This document shows positions 50,624 to 62,877 of a stretch of 64,000 nucleotides of DNA, one piece after another; within the stretch, counting starts at the first letter, position 1; each line of letters starts with the position of its first letter. The stretch is from Entomortierella parvispora E1425 (taxonomy: Eukaryota > Fungi > Mortierellomycota), in NCBI GenBank assembly GCA_020891255.1, contig BQFW01000003.1, positions 1,674,001-1,738,000 of the forward strand, in the 5' to 3' direction. The position numbers and the translations under genes are program-made. The notes below the pieces were generated by a model. That model ran no database searches. It was not told where the DNA came from and saw only the letters and a list, made by a program, of their open reading frames with translations.

Positions 50624-51041
50624 ACACTACGATGAACTGGTCACTGGGGCCTTTTGATTGTGGCCTACCAATAATGATCGTGATTGTTCAAAACAATGTA
50701 GAATAGGCCGTAGCAAACCTAGTGCAAAAGCCAACATTATTGGTAGGCAAGGGCGAGGTTTAAAGAGCTAGGGTTGTGTGATCGAGAAGGAAAAGATAAA
50801 CATTTCCAATGAACCACAGGAAGAAAACACGTCTTTCCATCAACACGCAGAGTTTTCCTTCATTAGTGGTAGCAGGAGAGAAGTCTCTGCTCCACAATAA
50901 AGGAAGGACGAGTGCGGGTTTAAAGAGGAGGTATCGCATGCATCATTAGACTCCAGGTTATACTGGCATCTTCAGATCTGGAAGTCGAGTTGACTACTGT
51001 AGAGCAAAAAAAACCACCCGACTATTGGAAAGCAAAAGATA

Positions 51042-51113
51042 TTCCCAGTCCGGGGATCGAACCCGGGCCTTGTCGGTGAGAGCGACAAATCCTGACCACT
51101 GGACCAACTAGGA
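51042..51113 (-). tRNA. tRNA-Glu (anticodon CTC), intronless, 72 nt
   Basis: Minus strand TCCTAGTTGGTCCAGTGGTCAGGATTTGTCGCTCTCACCGACAAGGCCCGGGTTCGATCCCCGGACTGGGAA. Acceptor stem TCCTAGT/ACTGGGA, anticodon arm TTGTCG-CTCTCAC-CGACAA, T-loop GGTTCGATCC; a T-tract follows downstream. Confidence 0.97.
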
Positions 51114-51185
51114 TATTCAGATATCGGTTTTTGATTTCTGTCATCTTTATATCGCTGAGTTCGAAATTGGTGGCGCCAGGTTAGA

Positions 51186-51248
51186 ATCACGTGCCTGATG
51201 TGATCACGTGATAATACAATAAAATGTTGTAAAATCACGTGATAATAC
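51186..51248. promoter_or_regulatory. Cluster of three ATCACGTG(AT) E-boxes
   Basis: Copies at 51186, 51203 and 51234. The last two are part of a 15-bp direct repeat, atcacgtgataatac. Confidence 0.5.
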
Positions 51249-51455
51249 CAAATCGCACCAACCGAGGGACGAAAAAAGAAAAGGTTGCTGCGTCGAAGAC
51301 GCACTGACAGAAAACCAGCCTTTCCCCGCATTCCCTCTTACAAAAACAAGTCGCAGAAAAGCACGAGGCAACTTCAATGACCTCTCAACCAGATTTTAAT
51401 AGCGCGAAAGAAAAGTGGCGGGGTTTTTTTAAAACTATGTCGTTGGTCAGTCAAA

Positions 51456-51905
51456 CTACTTGAGGAGAAGCAGCAGCAGGCCCTGGATGGTCATGAGATG
51501 GAATCCGCTCATGGGAAAGGCGAGTCCGCCTCCAATACCGAGTCCGAGGCACCAGTAGGTCAGTTCTTGAGGTAAAGCTCTTCTGGAGCGCACGCGGGCA
51601 TCAGGCACGGCTGCTGCGGAGGACTGAGTCTTTTTTTGTACCTTGTCTTCAATCGGGAACAGATACCAGTCAACGAGTCTGCCAATGAGGAAAAGGTTGA
51701 ATCCTGTCAAGAGGAACCAGAAAGAGTTGCCTCTGTGGGAGTAATCAAACTTATTTAGGTAGCCAGCATTGAGGGCTTGGATAAAGGGCTCGCGGAAGAC
51801 GGACCTAATGAGGCCGACAATGTTGTGACCGATGCCCGTCAACATGAGAAGACGACCAGGCCAACGTGAGGATCGGTAGGGGATACGGTTGTTTTGGTTC
51901 CACAT
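51456..51905 (-). CDS. DUF6463-like small membrane protein, intronless
   Basis: GRLLMLTGIGHNIVG, FWFLLTGFNLFLIGRLVDW and PMSGFHLM resemble the recalled DUF6463 pattern (G..H...G / FWF..G..L...G...D / P.SGF.L). Three to four hydrophobic helices. Confidence 0.65.
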   Translation of the reverse strand: MWNQNNRIPYRSSRWPGRLLMLTGIGHNIVGLIRSVFREPFIQALNAGYLNKFDYSHRGNSFWFLLTGFNLFLIGRLVDWYLFPIEDKVQKKTQSSAAAVPDARVRSRRALPQELTYWCLGLGIGGGLAFPMSGFHLMTIQGLLLLLLK

Positions 51906-52243
51906 GGTTTACGTTCTGAGTGTGGGTGAGGATGCTTTAAATCTGGCGGCGATGGAGATTAATGGTTTGTTTGCTGCAGGAGAGCACGGCTCTTTTTATG
52001 GGGCCATGAACGCGGTGATCGACTACGCGATTAAGCATTTAGCCTCGTCCTGATCACAGCGCAGCTGTCACCCTTTCCGGAAATCCGCATGCAGCTGTTC
52101 CTCCGACAGCAAAGAATAATTTAATTTAATTGGCCCCTTCCGAACGGACCTTGGGGGCTTTATTCTTCTAACCTAGAGTGAGCTGCGGTAAGGGGGGTAT
52201 CCGGCCCGGGGTCCTCATCTTTCACTCCCGTTCCTCTCCTTCA

Positions 52244-55200
52244 TCAATCGTCTTCTCCGAAATCGTCATCATCTTCCTCAAAGCGACGGAGCCGATATTC
52301 CATCTCGCTCAACGTCTGGTCCTTTTGTTTGATGGTTTCCGTCAGGATCGCATTCTTCTCCTCGGCCTGCTCCAACAGCTCAATGGCAACACCCATGTTC
52401 AGCAACCGATCGTTGACCTCGTTCAAGTTGCGCTGGATCTCGTCCCTCTCTAGCTGAACTGCCTCCAATTCTCTCCGACGGCGACGCAGCGAAGCGTCAC
52501 AACGTTGAAGCTGGTCCTTGGTCTGATTCCAGCTGATGGTCACGTCGCTCAACTTTTCGTCCTTCTCATCGAGTTCTGTCCTCAGTTTACTCACCATGTT
52601 TTGAAAGTGAGCCACGTTCTTGGACTGACACGCTCTTTCGCGCTCTGCCTGGATTTTTTTCTTTTCCGCAAAGGCACTCATCTCCTCTGCGTGCAAAATC
52701 TTTTGGGCCGAGAGCTCCTGTTCCAGCTTGAGACTGGCTTGCTCAATCTCTTCCTGGGCATGTTCAAGCTCAGCCTCTTTGAGGCGCAAGGTTGCGGTCA
52801 GATCACTGAGTTGGATCTCGAGTCCCGTCACCTGGGCCTTGAGCTGTTGGATTTCTTGCGCTCTCTCGCTGTCCTCTTTTTCTTTTTCAGAGCAATTGTT
52901 GCTGTTGTTGAGGAGGGTAGCCTTCAATTGGTCAATCTCGATCAGGCTTTCCTTTGCTTGCTCTTCAAGTTCCTCATTCTGAGTCTGGACGCGAACAATC
53001 TTGATTGACAGGGTCGCCACTTCTTTCTCTAGCCGCTTTTTATCCTTTCGAAGCTTGACCAGATTCGTCTTCAGATCCGAGGTCTCCTTTTGCTGCTGCT
53101 TCTCCAGATGGTCGAGCATTTGCTGCTGTTGATCCTCGTTTGCGGCCAAGGCCAACTGTAATTCTTTGAGCTGCTTCTCCTGATCCAAGAGGGTGCCCTG
53201 CTGCACTTCCAGCTCTTTATGGTAGTCAACTTTGTTCGATTCCAATCCTTGCTTGGTCTCGGACAATTGCTCATGCAGGACCAGTAGCTCTTGCTCGAGT
53301 TGGCGTATCTGGACGCGCAACTCTTGTTCTTTGAGCTTTTGCTCATGGTGTACTTGGTCCAGTGTTTCCATCTCTTTGGTGATCTCTGTCACTCGTTTCG
53401 CATGGCGCTCCATCTCTTCCTGAGAAAGGGTCAAGGCCTCGGTCAAAGATCGAATCTGAGCTTGATCCCGCCCGATCTGGGTCTCGTACTTGTTCTGGTT
53501 CAGATCTACGGCACAATCATACAACAGGCGATGGTGGACCAGTTCGCCTTGCTTTCGGTAAACTTCTTCTTCCAATCCTTGAATCTCTTGTTGATTTTGA
53601 GCCATCACCAGTTTCAATAACCCGAGCTCCGTCTCGGCCCTTAACAATCGTGTCGTGGCCCCAGACATGATGTTGATTGAGTCTGGATCACAAGTAGAAA
53701 TGTCGTTGTTGTTTTGTTGGATGGCAGTCTCCGTGGTATCCAGATCAGCATCGAGTCCAGTTTTAAGCATTGCCTGGACGAGTGATTGCTGGGATACAGA
53801 CCAAGATACCTTGGCAAGCGACTGCAGTCTAGTTTCCACGGGTGCTTTCTTGTTCGTTGTCAAGACAGATCCACCACTGTTGTTCACTGCGCTGAGTATC
53901 GTCTGGATCCTAGACGCGTCGTCGACCGAGATGGAGCTGCATAGTTGCTCGGTTGCTTCCAGTGTGGTTGTGGTCATTACTGGCACCAGTGAAGCTATCG
54001 TTGGTCCAGATATTTCGACTGGAGTCTCATCATTGTCCAAGGATGGTGGTGGTGTTGGTGCTGCTGGGAGGAGGGGAGTTGATGTGAAAAGACCCTTCAA
54101 AAACCGTTGATGTTTCTGTTGAGAGAAGACAAGCTGCCTTTCCAAGTCGCAAATTTTACGATCCTTAACTTCGCTGGTCATCTTTGAACGTTTGTTGACC
54201 ACGTAGCAAGTTCTCAATCTTTGGAACAGACACTACATGGTAGTAGGTCAAAACAAAAAAAAAAAGGTCGTTGGACACAAAACTTCTCACAGGATGCCTC
54301 AGAAAAACGTGTCGAGAAAGAGTACTCACCTCGAGCTCTGGAGGATACTGGGCTTGTCTGTAAGTGAGGTCAAAGTCGTGGTTCGCTAGTCGTTTGATCT
54401 CCTTAAGCAAGAAACTCTTGTCGATATCGGATGCATCTTCAACAATACAGAGCGTGCTGCAGTTCGGCTTTGATAAAGAGAGAAAGAGAGACACGCGTCA
54501 ACTCGGTATTTGATAGACAAGTTCCTCTTGGATGATATCCTGGAGAGGATACTCCTCTCAGGCGTCGAGATTTTTTCCTTCTTACCTCCAAGGAAGGCGC
54601 CAAGGGTCCTTGATACAATTTTCCATTGTCAATACCAATTCTATCCTGTGCTAGGCATCTCATTGGGAACGGCTTCTATAAAGTCGCACTCAAAAGTTAG
54701 ATAGTCGCTGAATTATTGACAAAGTCAAGAGTTTGTTTAAACATATTGGTGGACTGTTACATATACCTCGATGGCCTCTGTGTCATCAAACAACTTTGTG
54801 GGACTGAGGAGTGGGTGGATGTTAGTCATCGCTGTTTTCTTTCGGCAACACGCTTTTAAAGAGTAGATCTGATACTTACACGATGTCAGAGTTGAGGGAC
54901 TCTCGGGAGGTCTCCTAAACACCGAGTGTAAAGAGTCAGAAACCCATCGTTTCTCGGGAGTACTCCCTTCTTTCCACAGACTGCGAAGTGAAAAAAAAAA
55001 AAAAAAAAACTCACCACGATCGTGGACAATGTTCCTGGAGACCATTTTTGACTTGGAGTCCTGATGTTAATGTCCGTGCCCGGGAAGGTATCGCTTTTAG
55101 TGTTGTTGGGGCTAAAGGCGATACTTCTGGTAGGACTCTGGTATAAGATTGTTGCAGGGCCGCTGGTGGAACGACTTGAGAGAGACAATGAAGGTGACGA

Positions 55201-55443
55201 TGACGATGACGAAGACAAAGACGATGATGAGGAAGAGAGTGAAGGAGACCAGGCGGGACCAGAAGGGGTATGTTGTGGATTGCGAACCAAGACAAATACA
55301 TTCTCAGATTTGTCAGTGGATCCGCTGTGTTGGTGTTGATAACTCTTGTGGACTTTGCCACTGGTCGGTGTGGTGACCTGCGATGAATGAGCCAGGACAG
55401 ACATCTGCTCTGGAGATGAAGAAACGGAGGATCCACGAAGCAT
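52244..55443 (-). CDS. Hypothetical long coiled-coil protein, multi-exon
   Basis: A 657-aa heptad-rich terminal ORF plus upstream in-phase GT-AG exons, back to a Ser-rich first exon starting at 55443. No specific family was recognised, and the 5' exon structure is approximate. Confidence 0.65.
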
Positions 55444-56232
55444 GGCACCTCTTTTTTGCCTTGGATGAGGGGGAAAGGGCAGAAGGTGTGTCTAGGTGAA
55501 CTCGCCTGGAGGTTGGATATGATAGGATGAGGTAGACGATAGTGGGCGGTTGGAGGGAAGGGTAGAGAAGCAAAACAGAAATGCAGGATAACAGTTACAT
55601 CTTGGCTCTTTCCGCTCGTATTCCAACGTGTACCTGGTACGCCCCCGCTTTGCCTTTGTGCAGGACAGGTGAGGATGGGATGGATCTGGGATCACCAGCC
55701 AAGCATGGATCACGTGTGGTCTACGCTTGACGGCATGCCAGAGCGTTCGGTGTTTTTTGTTGTCCCTTGTTCATGTCTGGTGTCTCTTGAACAGGGGTCT
55801 TATAGATTTCTACTGTAGTAGATTTCTAGTGTAGACTGCTAAAGACCTCGAGGCGCCATTACCTTCAAAGGAAGCGTGTCAATTGACTGGATGGATGAGT
55901 GACCGAGTGCAGCAGCAGGGAGAAAAGGACGGGGACAGAGGTAGTGGTGACCTCCCTAGACCCTGCCCTTGCAAGAGCAACAACGAAGTATGGGCCGAGA
56001 GTCAAGAAACGCACAGAAATCAGTCCAGGGCGCAGCCCTTGCGCTCATGCCACGCGAATTCAGGTCAACAACAGTAATCCAATTTCTGTTCTCGTGCTCA
56101 CATCCACTTTTGGTTTCGCTCATTGGTTCATCCACTGCTCATCATTTCTCCTTTTCCATTCATCCATTCCTTCCTTCATCCTTCACTCATCCTCCCCCTC
56201 CCCTCCCTCCCCTCCCAAAAGTCATCCAACCA

Positions 56233-57436
56233 ATGTCGTCCAAAAGGGAAGAGGACTTCCTCCCCACTCCTGCATTGCATCGCGCCCCTGTCGAGCATTC
56301 CGTCTCCCGCATATTTTCCGCCATCGCCTTCTACTGGGTCGCGTCTCTCTCGGTCGTCTTTCTGAACAAGACCATCCTCTCCGGCTCCGAGTTCAAGTTC
56401 CCATACCCTCTCTTTGTCACTCTCTTCCAACTCGTTGTAGCTCTTGTTCTCCTCGTCGTCTGCGGAGAATGGGGCAAGCGGTTAGTTTTAGGCAAAACAT
56501 GTTTTTCTCTTTTATTCTCGAAAGGGTTGACGCAGATGTATTAATCGTTCATGGCTCGCACGATGCTCTAGGAGCCGGACGTTCTCCATGATTCCACCCT
56601 TTGAGTTTGACCTCGACATTGCAGCAAAGATCGCGCCTCTCTCGATCATCTATGTTTTGATGTTAACGCTCAACAATCTGTGCCTGCAGTTGGTTGAGGT
56701 GACTTTTTACCAGGTGGCCCGATCCCTTTCCATCTTCTTCAACATCCTCCTGACGTGGGTCCTGCTCCGTCAGCCCACCTCCCTCGGCGCCATGTTTGCT
56801 TGCTCTGTTGTCGTCCTCGGCTTCTTTGTGGGATCCTATGGCGAGACCAATTTCTCATGGCCCGGTTTGTTGGCGGGTGTAGGATCCAGTATCTTTGTGG
56901 CGCTCTATGGAATCTATGTCAAGAAAACGCTGGCCGTGATTGACAACAACCAGTGGCGACTCTTGCATTACAACACTGCCATCTCGATCGGATTGCTGGG
57001 CGTTCTCACCTTGTTCTCGGGCGAGCTCAAGGAGATTCGTGAGGAGGTGTACTTCTTGGGCGATCTGGGCTTCTGGTTCCTGATGACCTTGACCGGCGTG
57101 GCTGGTTTCTTGATCAACACGGCCATGTTCTTGCAGATCAAGTATACCACCGCTTTGACAAACACTATCTCGGGTACCGCAAAGTCCTGTGTCCAAACTT
57201 TGATGGCCATGGTCTTTTATCAGAACCCAATTACTGCTATGGTAAGCATGAGAGAAAACAAAAAAAAAAAGAGATCAGTTTTTGGTTTGTTTTCTTTTTT
57301 TTCAGTATCCACTCATACTTTTCTCTCTCTTTTTTCTCCGCTATTCTTCTAGAACGGATTCGGTATCTTTTTGAGTCTGCTTGGCTCAGGATTGTACTCT
57401 TGGGTCCGATATGCTGAAATGCAACGACGCAACTAG
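56233..57436 (+). CDS. Nucleotide-sugar transporter, GDP-fucose transporter (SLC35C1)-like, three exons
   Basis: AIAFYWVASLSVVFLNKTIL, PYPLFVTLFQ, LTLNNLCLQLVEVTFYQVARSLSIFFN, QIKYTTALTNTISGTAKSCVQT, GSGLYSWVR. Confidence 0.9.
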
Positions 57437-57606
57437 AAACGGGACAATTCAACTTTTACCCTTCTTTTACCCCATGTTCCCTTCCTGTCCACATCACTCT
57501 CATATTCACACATCATAATCTAACGACATCCAAAATAACGAAAATAACAAAACTCATTTTCAAAAAGGAAGGGAAAAAAAAAAAGAGGTCTATTGGTATC
57601 CAACAT

Positions 57607-60600
57607 TTAAACGAGACGAGCATATTTCGACCACATCAAGATCAAGAAATCCTGCTGGGCCAATGCCCGGACTTGGTCTCTAAAGGGCTGTCTGAAATCT
57701 AAGGCCATCCGATGGGATCCAATCCTGGCCTGGACCCGCAGCATACCCTCAGCATCCTTGCTTTGCTTGCACAGATAACTGACAAGTTCCAACTCGGAAA
57801 GATCATACACCAATTCCAAAAATTGATTTGCGTTCAACGCTGGGGGCATGAGCAGCGACGAAGAAGTTGTTCGACAAGGTCCCAGGAACTGTAAAGGAGT
57901 TGGAGATGTGGTAGCACCTGAATAGAGGCTAGTGAATGCCGCTGGCCGAGATGACGACTGGGCTGTTTTCTCCACCACCAGGGCCAAAGTGGGGTCGATG
58001 AGGGATCCTCGCCGGTATTGACCAGCAGGTGTCAACAGGGCAGTAGAGGAGAATTCTAAAGACTCATCCTCGATCTGGAGTCCAAAGATCATTTTTTGCG
58101 TCTCCGGTGAGAATAGCGTTCCAGAGCTTTGAATTCGAGGCAAGGAGGGGATTGCAAGCCCAGCGCTACTGGTTCCCGTACCACCGGTGCCAGTTCCAGC
58201 TCCAACTCCGGTTCCAGCCGCCACCACGACAGCACCACCTCCTGCGCCGCCAAGACTCGTGAAGGAAATCAAGCCGCGCTCATGAGCCAATCGAATGGCT
58301 GAAAAGGCTTGGGAATAATCCATCCGCGGTGGGAACTGATGCATGGTTGCAGCCGCCAAGAGCTCATGGAGGAGCATACAACTCTCAATGGCTCGTGTCG
58401 CAAAGACGGAGGGGACCGCTGGGCCAGCAGCAGCAGTGCCGTTGGGAGTACCGCCAATGACAGCGGTCTGTGGAATCATCGGGCTACTTGCAGATCCTAC
58501 GACTGTTGCCCCTCCTCCATTCATATCCGGTGGCAGAGACTGAGGCGGGGTAAGACCCAGACCAACTGATCCCGGTCCTTGCATGTTGGAGAGCGAAGTT
58601 AAAGTCGGAAAGGATGTTTGGGCCGAATCTCCACTCGCAGCACCATCTCCTCCTACACTCCCCACGAGACCAGGTGGTGCTGGTGGAGGTAATGGCGAGA
58701 GTGATCCTGAGGCGCCGTGAACATACACGGACCAAATACGCTTCTCGAGTCGGCCCACGTCCGTAAATCCTTTGGAGGTGATCATGCAGGCGTGCAAAAA
58801 GGCAGCCAAAGATTGCTGGTGCATTCCATCGATCTGGTAAAGATCCGCAAGACAGAGACAGTGGCGAGTGATCTGTGCTTCAGAAATAGATGAAAGGACA
58901 GAAGAAGAGAAGAACATCTGTTCTGGAGGTTGCGGTGATGATGGTATCGTTGTAGGTGTTGGAAAGTCAGTCGACTTTGATGTCTCTTGTTGCTGTTGCT
59001 GTTGTCGAGCGCGCATCCTGGCCTCGACTTTAATCCTCCGGCTGACTGCCTTGGTCTCGAATTTCACTTGGCGTTCATAAACTTGGATCAAAAGCTTGGT
59101 TAACCGGAGTCGAGCTCCTGGGATGGCTTCAATGGCTCGACCGGCATCTCCGTTGCTCAAGAGTGCGATAGCCTTGATCTGAGGATTTGTCCACGAACTC
59201 AAGCTGTCCATCGACGTCGTGAAAAGAGCATAGTACCCAAACTCACTGAGTGTCAACTTTTGGCGCTCAGGCAAGATAGAGGTAATGGCCCCAGCGACCA
59301 AGGCCCCAAAGACATCCAGGACGCCTCTTAAACGGACCATACCAAAGAGTTTCAAGATCATAGCATGACCCAGATCCTCAACAACTCCAATGTTTCCATG
59401 AACTGCATCCGGTCCGTCCAGCTGTTGCTGTTGCTGTTGTTGTGGTGTTTGCTGCTGCTGGGGAGTGTTGGCGTTGTTGCCCCAACGGTTGGTCCCAGAT
59501 CGGTTTGCCAGCGGCTTGGGTCTGGTGACGTTCATCAAGAGTCCTTGAACCATGTCCAATGCTGCCATGCGGGTGATATGCATGGGATCCATGCCAGAAG
59601 ACAAGAGTGCGTCTAAAGCACTGGCGGATGCAATGTCCTTCAAATCCAGTCCTTGATCATGGCCCAAGCCCAAGATAACGCAAAGCGGGACTAGAACTCC
59701 ATACACCTGGCAAAGTTCTAAAAGCAAATTAAACGAGTTAGCTGTTTTGCTTTTCCTTCTCGCTTGTTAATCCCAAATAAGTGGTCCTTGCTTTAAGAAA
59801 AGATAAAGGAAAAGGCTCCTTACCTGGATGTTGGTTTCTGTCGAGGATTTCTACTGATGATCGGCAATAAGTCGAGATAAAGTCCCATTTCCTTGCGTGA
59901 ATACAAATGGCAACACAGCGGAGCTAAAGTATCCAGAATATCAATTAGTCCAGGGTAATCGCTCGCAATAAGGTCAAGGAAGAGGCAGTTAGAGAATGAT
60001 GAAGCTCACGCTAGAGCGCTTTCTTTACCTGTAGGTTGTTGTCCATGTGGCCAAAGGTGTTAAGGTACTGGTTCAACAATTTACATAACTCCATTATCAT
60101 GGCCTCGTCCTCATCTTGCTCCTCTTCTTTGGGAGCTGCTGTAGTTTCGGTAGAGGCAGTTGTTGCTTTACCCACAGTCGCATTCAAAGCCGACGCAGCC
60201 AAAGAGGACGACATCCCCTTCGTATGAGCTTCCACTCTATCCATGATGCGTTTTTCTCTCCGTTGTTCAATATCGTGGGCAAGCATGGCGATTTGAGACA
60301 TGGCGAGGTACTTCCTGAGTTGAAAGTCGATTCGCTGCAAGGTCGCTGAAGGTCCTTCCGCGGGCACGGGGGACTGTTCCAGGACCTGGGTCATGAAATG
60401 GGCCGTGGTCTGGAAAAACATGGATGCCTTGGGATATTGTCCTTGTTGGATCGCTTGTGCACCGAACGCCAGTGTGATCAAGGCACAAGTCAATGGTGGT
60501 TTAGATTTCTAGTGAAAACAATAGCCCAGAATAATATTTAAGTACAACCTGTTTCAAGAAAAGATCCTTGAAAGCGAGAGAAAATCAGACAGTACACTTC

Positions 60601-62877
60601 TCAGGTAGACATCAAGGTCCAGGGGATCCATCTTTTCTAATAGCCTCGAGAGTCTATCGACTTCCTGGATTGGTGGTAATACTTCTTGGATATCAACAGT
60701 GGTATCGCTCGTCTATGTTTAATAAAAAAAGAAGTTAGACACTATCATGCACAACGGAGAAGAGCAAGGACACAGGTATCACTGGTGGCTCGACATAAGC
60801 GTGGCTACATACGAGCATATAACTGTAGGTGCTCCAAACCAAATCCCAATCCTTTGCAGTTGGCTCCAATAGACCTAATAGACAAAAGTTAACCAGGCAT
60901 TCTCAAGTCAATAACACGCTGATGCATGGCAAAGTGTCGTCCGCTTCAACTACTGAAAAGAGCCGGTGTACCTGCATCCCATGCTGCGTTATAACAGAGT
61001 GTATGTCGAACGGTCGAGCAGAATTTTGCCACAAATTGGACGATATTTGAACCCAATTCCTGGTCCCGGCGACTGGAGAATGAATTCGCTCCTGGAAGTG
61101 CATGGCTGATCATTTCCATTATTTCATCAAAGATTCCTGTCGAAAGGTACGCCTCCGACTCTTCGCCGGTCGAGAAGGGGATTGTCCTGAGATATTTAAG
61201 GACAGGCGATGGCAATTTGAGCAGCATGGTGGCTAAAGCAAACATGAATCTCTAGTTAAATAACTGATAAAGTCTCCACGGGGGTCATTAGCAAAAAAAA
61301 CTTACAGGACTCTCCCACTTGATAAAGCGCGTTTGCAACCGCCAGCAATGCAGCGCTCCGCATATCTGATCGAGCGATAACCGCCCTTACGGCAGACTCA
61401 CGCCAGAGGTAAGGAAGAACTCGCGCCTGATTGTCCTGCACAAATTCCCGAAGGAGTTCCTGATGTTGTTTGATGTTGAGGAATTCCAGAGAACGAACGA
61501 TGGTGTTTTCTTTGGTATCTACGAGCGACCTCCCAAGCGAGAGACGTGCAAGTTTAAGCAGCACTGTGTTCCTGTTCAGGTCCAAATGACTGAAAGAGAA
61601 GGAAGAAAAGCAGATGTTAGTTACCACACCGAGACTGTCGACGAGAGTAATGGCTGTCTTGCGTCTAAATCTCATTACCATGAACCGTGTGTATGGAAAT
61701 CTCTACATCTCTCCAGGTACTCGATCGCTTGCAAGTACTGTTCGCTCTGGCAAAAGTATTGGCCGATATCAGAGAGGATCTGGCAATATACGGCTTGCTC
61801 TTTTTCATCCGCTGGAGGCTATTGCGGCCAATGGATTGGTACGTTAGAACATGGTAAAACGGTGACTTGTGTGTTGCTATTGTTCATTCAAAGAGCTGTT
61901 ACCTGCTCAACAGTATCAGCTTTGCCTTGTAAGGCAGTGACATGCATCTTGGTGTCGCCAAGGTCCAAACCTGAAGTTTCTGCCTCTGCAATCCTTGCTC
62001 GGAGAATCCATCGTTGGAACAAAGTCAGTGGATCCCAAGGGATTTGCTGGCTTATCATCTGCGCGAGCTCTGAGTTTGGTTTCCTGTAAGAAGACACCAG
62101 ATCAAGAAAGAGAATAGCAGAGATAAGTACTTATGCTGCACTGTTCCTGACCGCACGTCTGACTCTGCGAATCCGGTCGTTCTCCACGTTACTGCGAAGC
62201 AAGGAGCATGGTCGTGATTAGACAAAGCTGGTTTTGCTGTGGGACTTTGTTGAAGATGTCGTCCAGAGTCAGAGATGCCAAGTAGTAGACCTTGCAAGCT
62301 TGACGAAGGAGCATGTCTAACAAGGGTACACAAAATTGGATGGTTATTATTGTTAATTATGGTCCTTGCCGGCAGAAATGCTTGAACGTTTTTGTTATCT
62401 TAGTCTTTCTTATCCTTTACCCTGTCGCTCGGAAAGTTGCATCATTTGCATCTGGCTGGCGGGCTCCTCGCTGTTTCCCGAATTGCCGTTAGCTGATTCC
62501 TCGGGGACGAGGGTTGGAGTGCCGAAGCGCGCAACCGACAGGAGATCCTCGAGCAAAAGGGCGCCTTGAATGGCCGCGGCCTTTGGGGGCAGGTTCGAAA
62601 GCTACTTGGTGTAGATGGGAGCGTTGATATTAAGAAGAAAGATGAGGGGTTACAAAAAAAAGGAAAAGGAAAATAAAACAAGAGATAAAATGAAAAGGCA
62701 AGGAGGAACACATACTTTGGACTTGAGCAATGTGGGGTTGAGAATGACCTCGAGCGGGTCGATGGAGGAGTTTTGGACAGGGACAGGGACAGGGACAGGG
62801 ACAAGGACAGGGACAGCATCAAGGGCCGCGTCCATGTCAATGTCTCCATCGCTGTCGTAGCTCGTGGACATGCTCAT
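57607..62877 (-). CDS. INTS8: Integrator complex subunit 8-like protein, multi-exon
   Basis: The C-terminal blocks LADLYQIDGMHQQSLAAFLHACMITSKGF, AIESCMLLHELLAAATMHQFPPRMDYSQAFSAI and YDLSELELVSYLCKQSKD...IG...FLILMWSKY fall in the same order as the recalled INTS8 blocks QADIYFATNQYSAALHYYLQAG, MIKCCSLLNCHTQVAILCQF..IDYKTAF and WDVTILEYLTYLH...IG...FLQAMAKLY. Confidence 0.7.
62775..62816. repeat. (GGACAG)7 hexamer repeat encoding a (VP)n tract near the INTS8-like N-terminus
   Basis: Directly visible; one unit is ggacaa. Confidence 0.9.

Noticed and set aside
9080-57436. GT49, chitin synthase and the GDP-fucose transporter as a cell-wall gene cluster
   Set aside because: They are spread over 48 kb among unrelated housekeeping genes, so there is no evidence of clustering.
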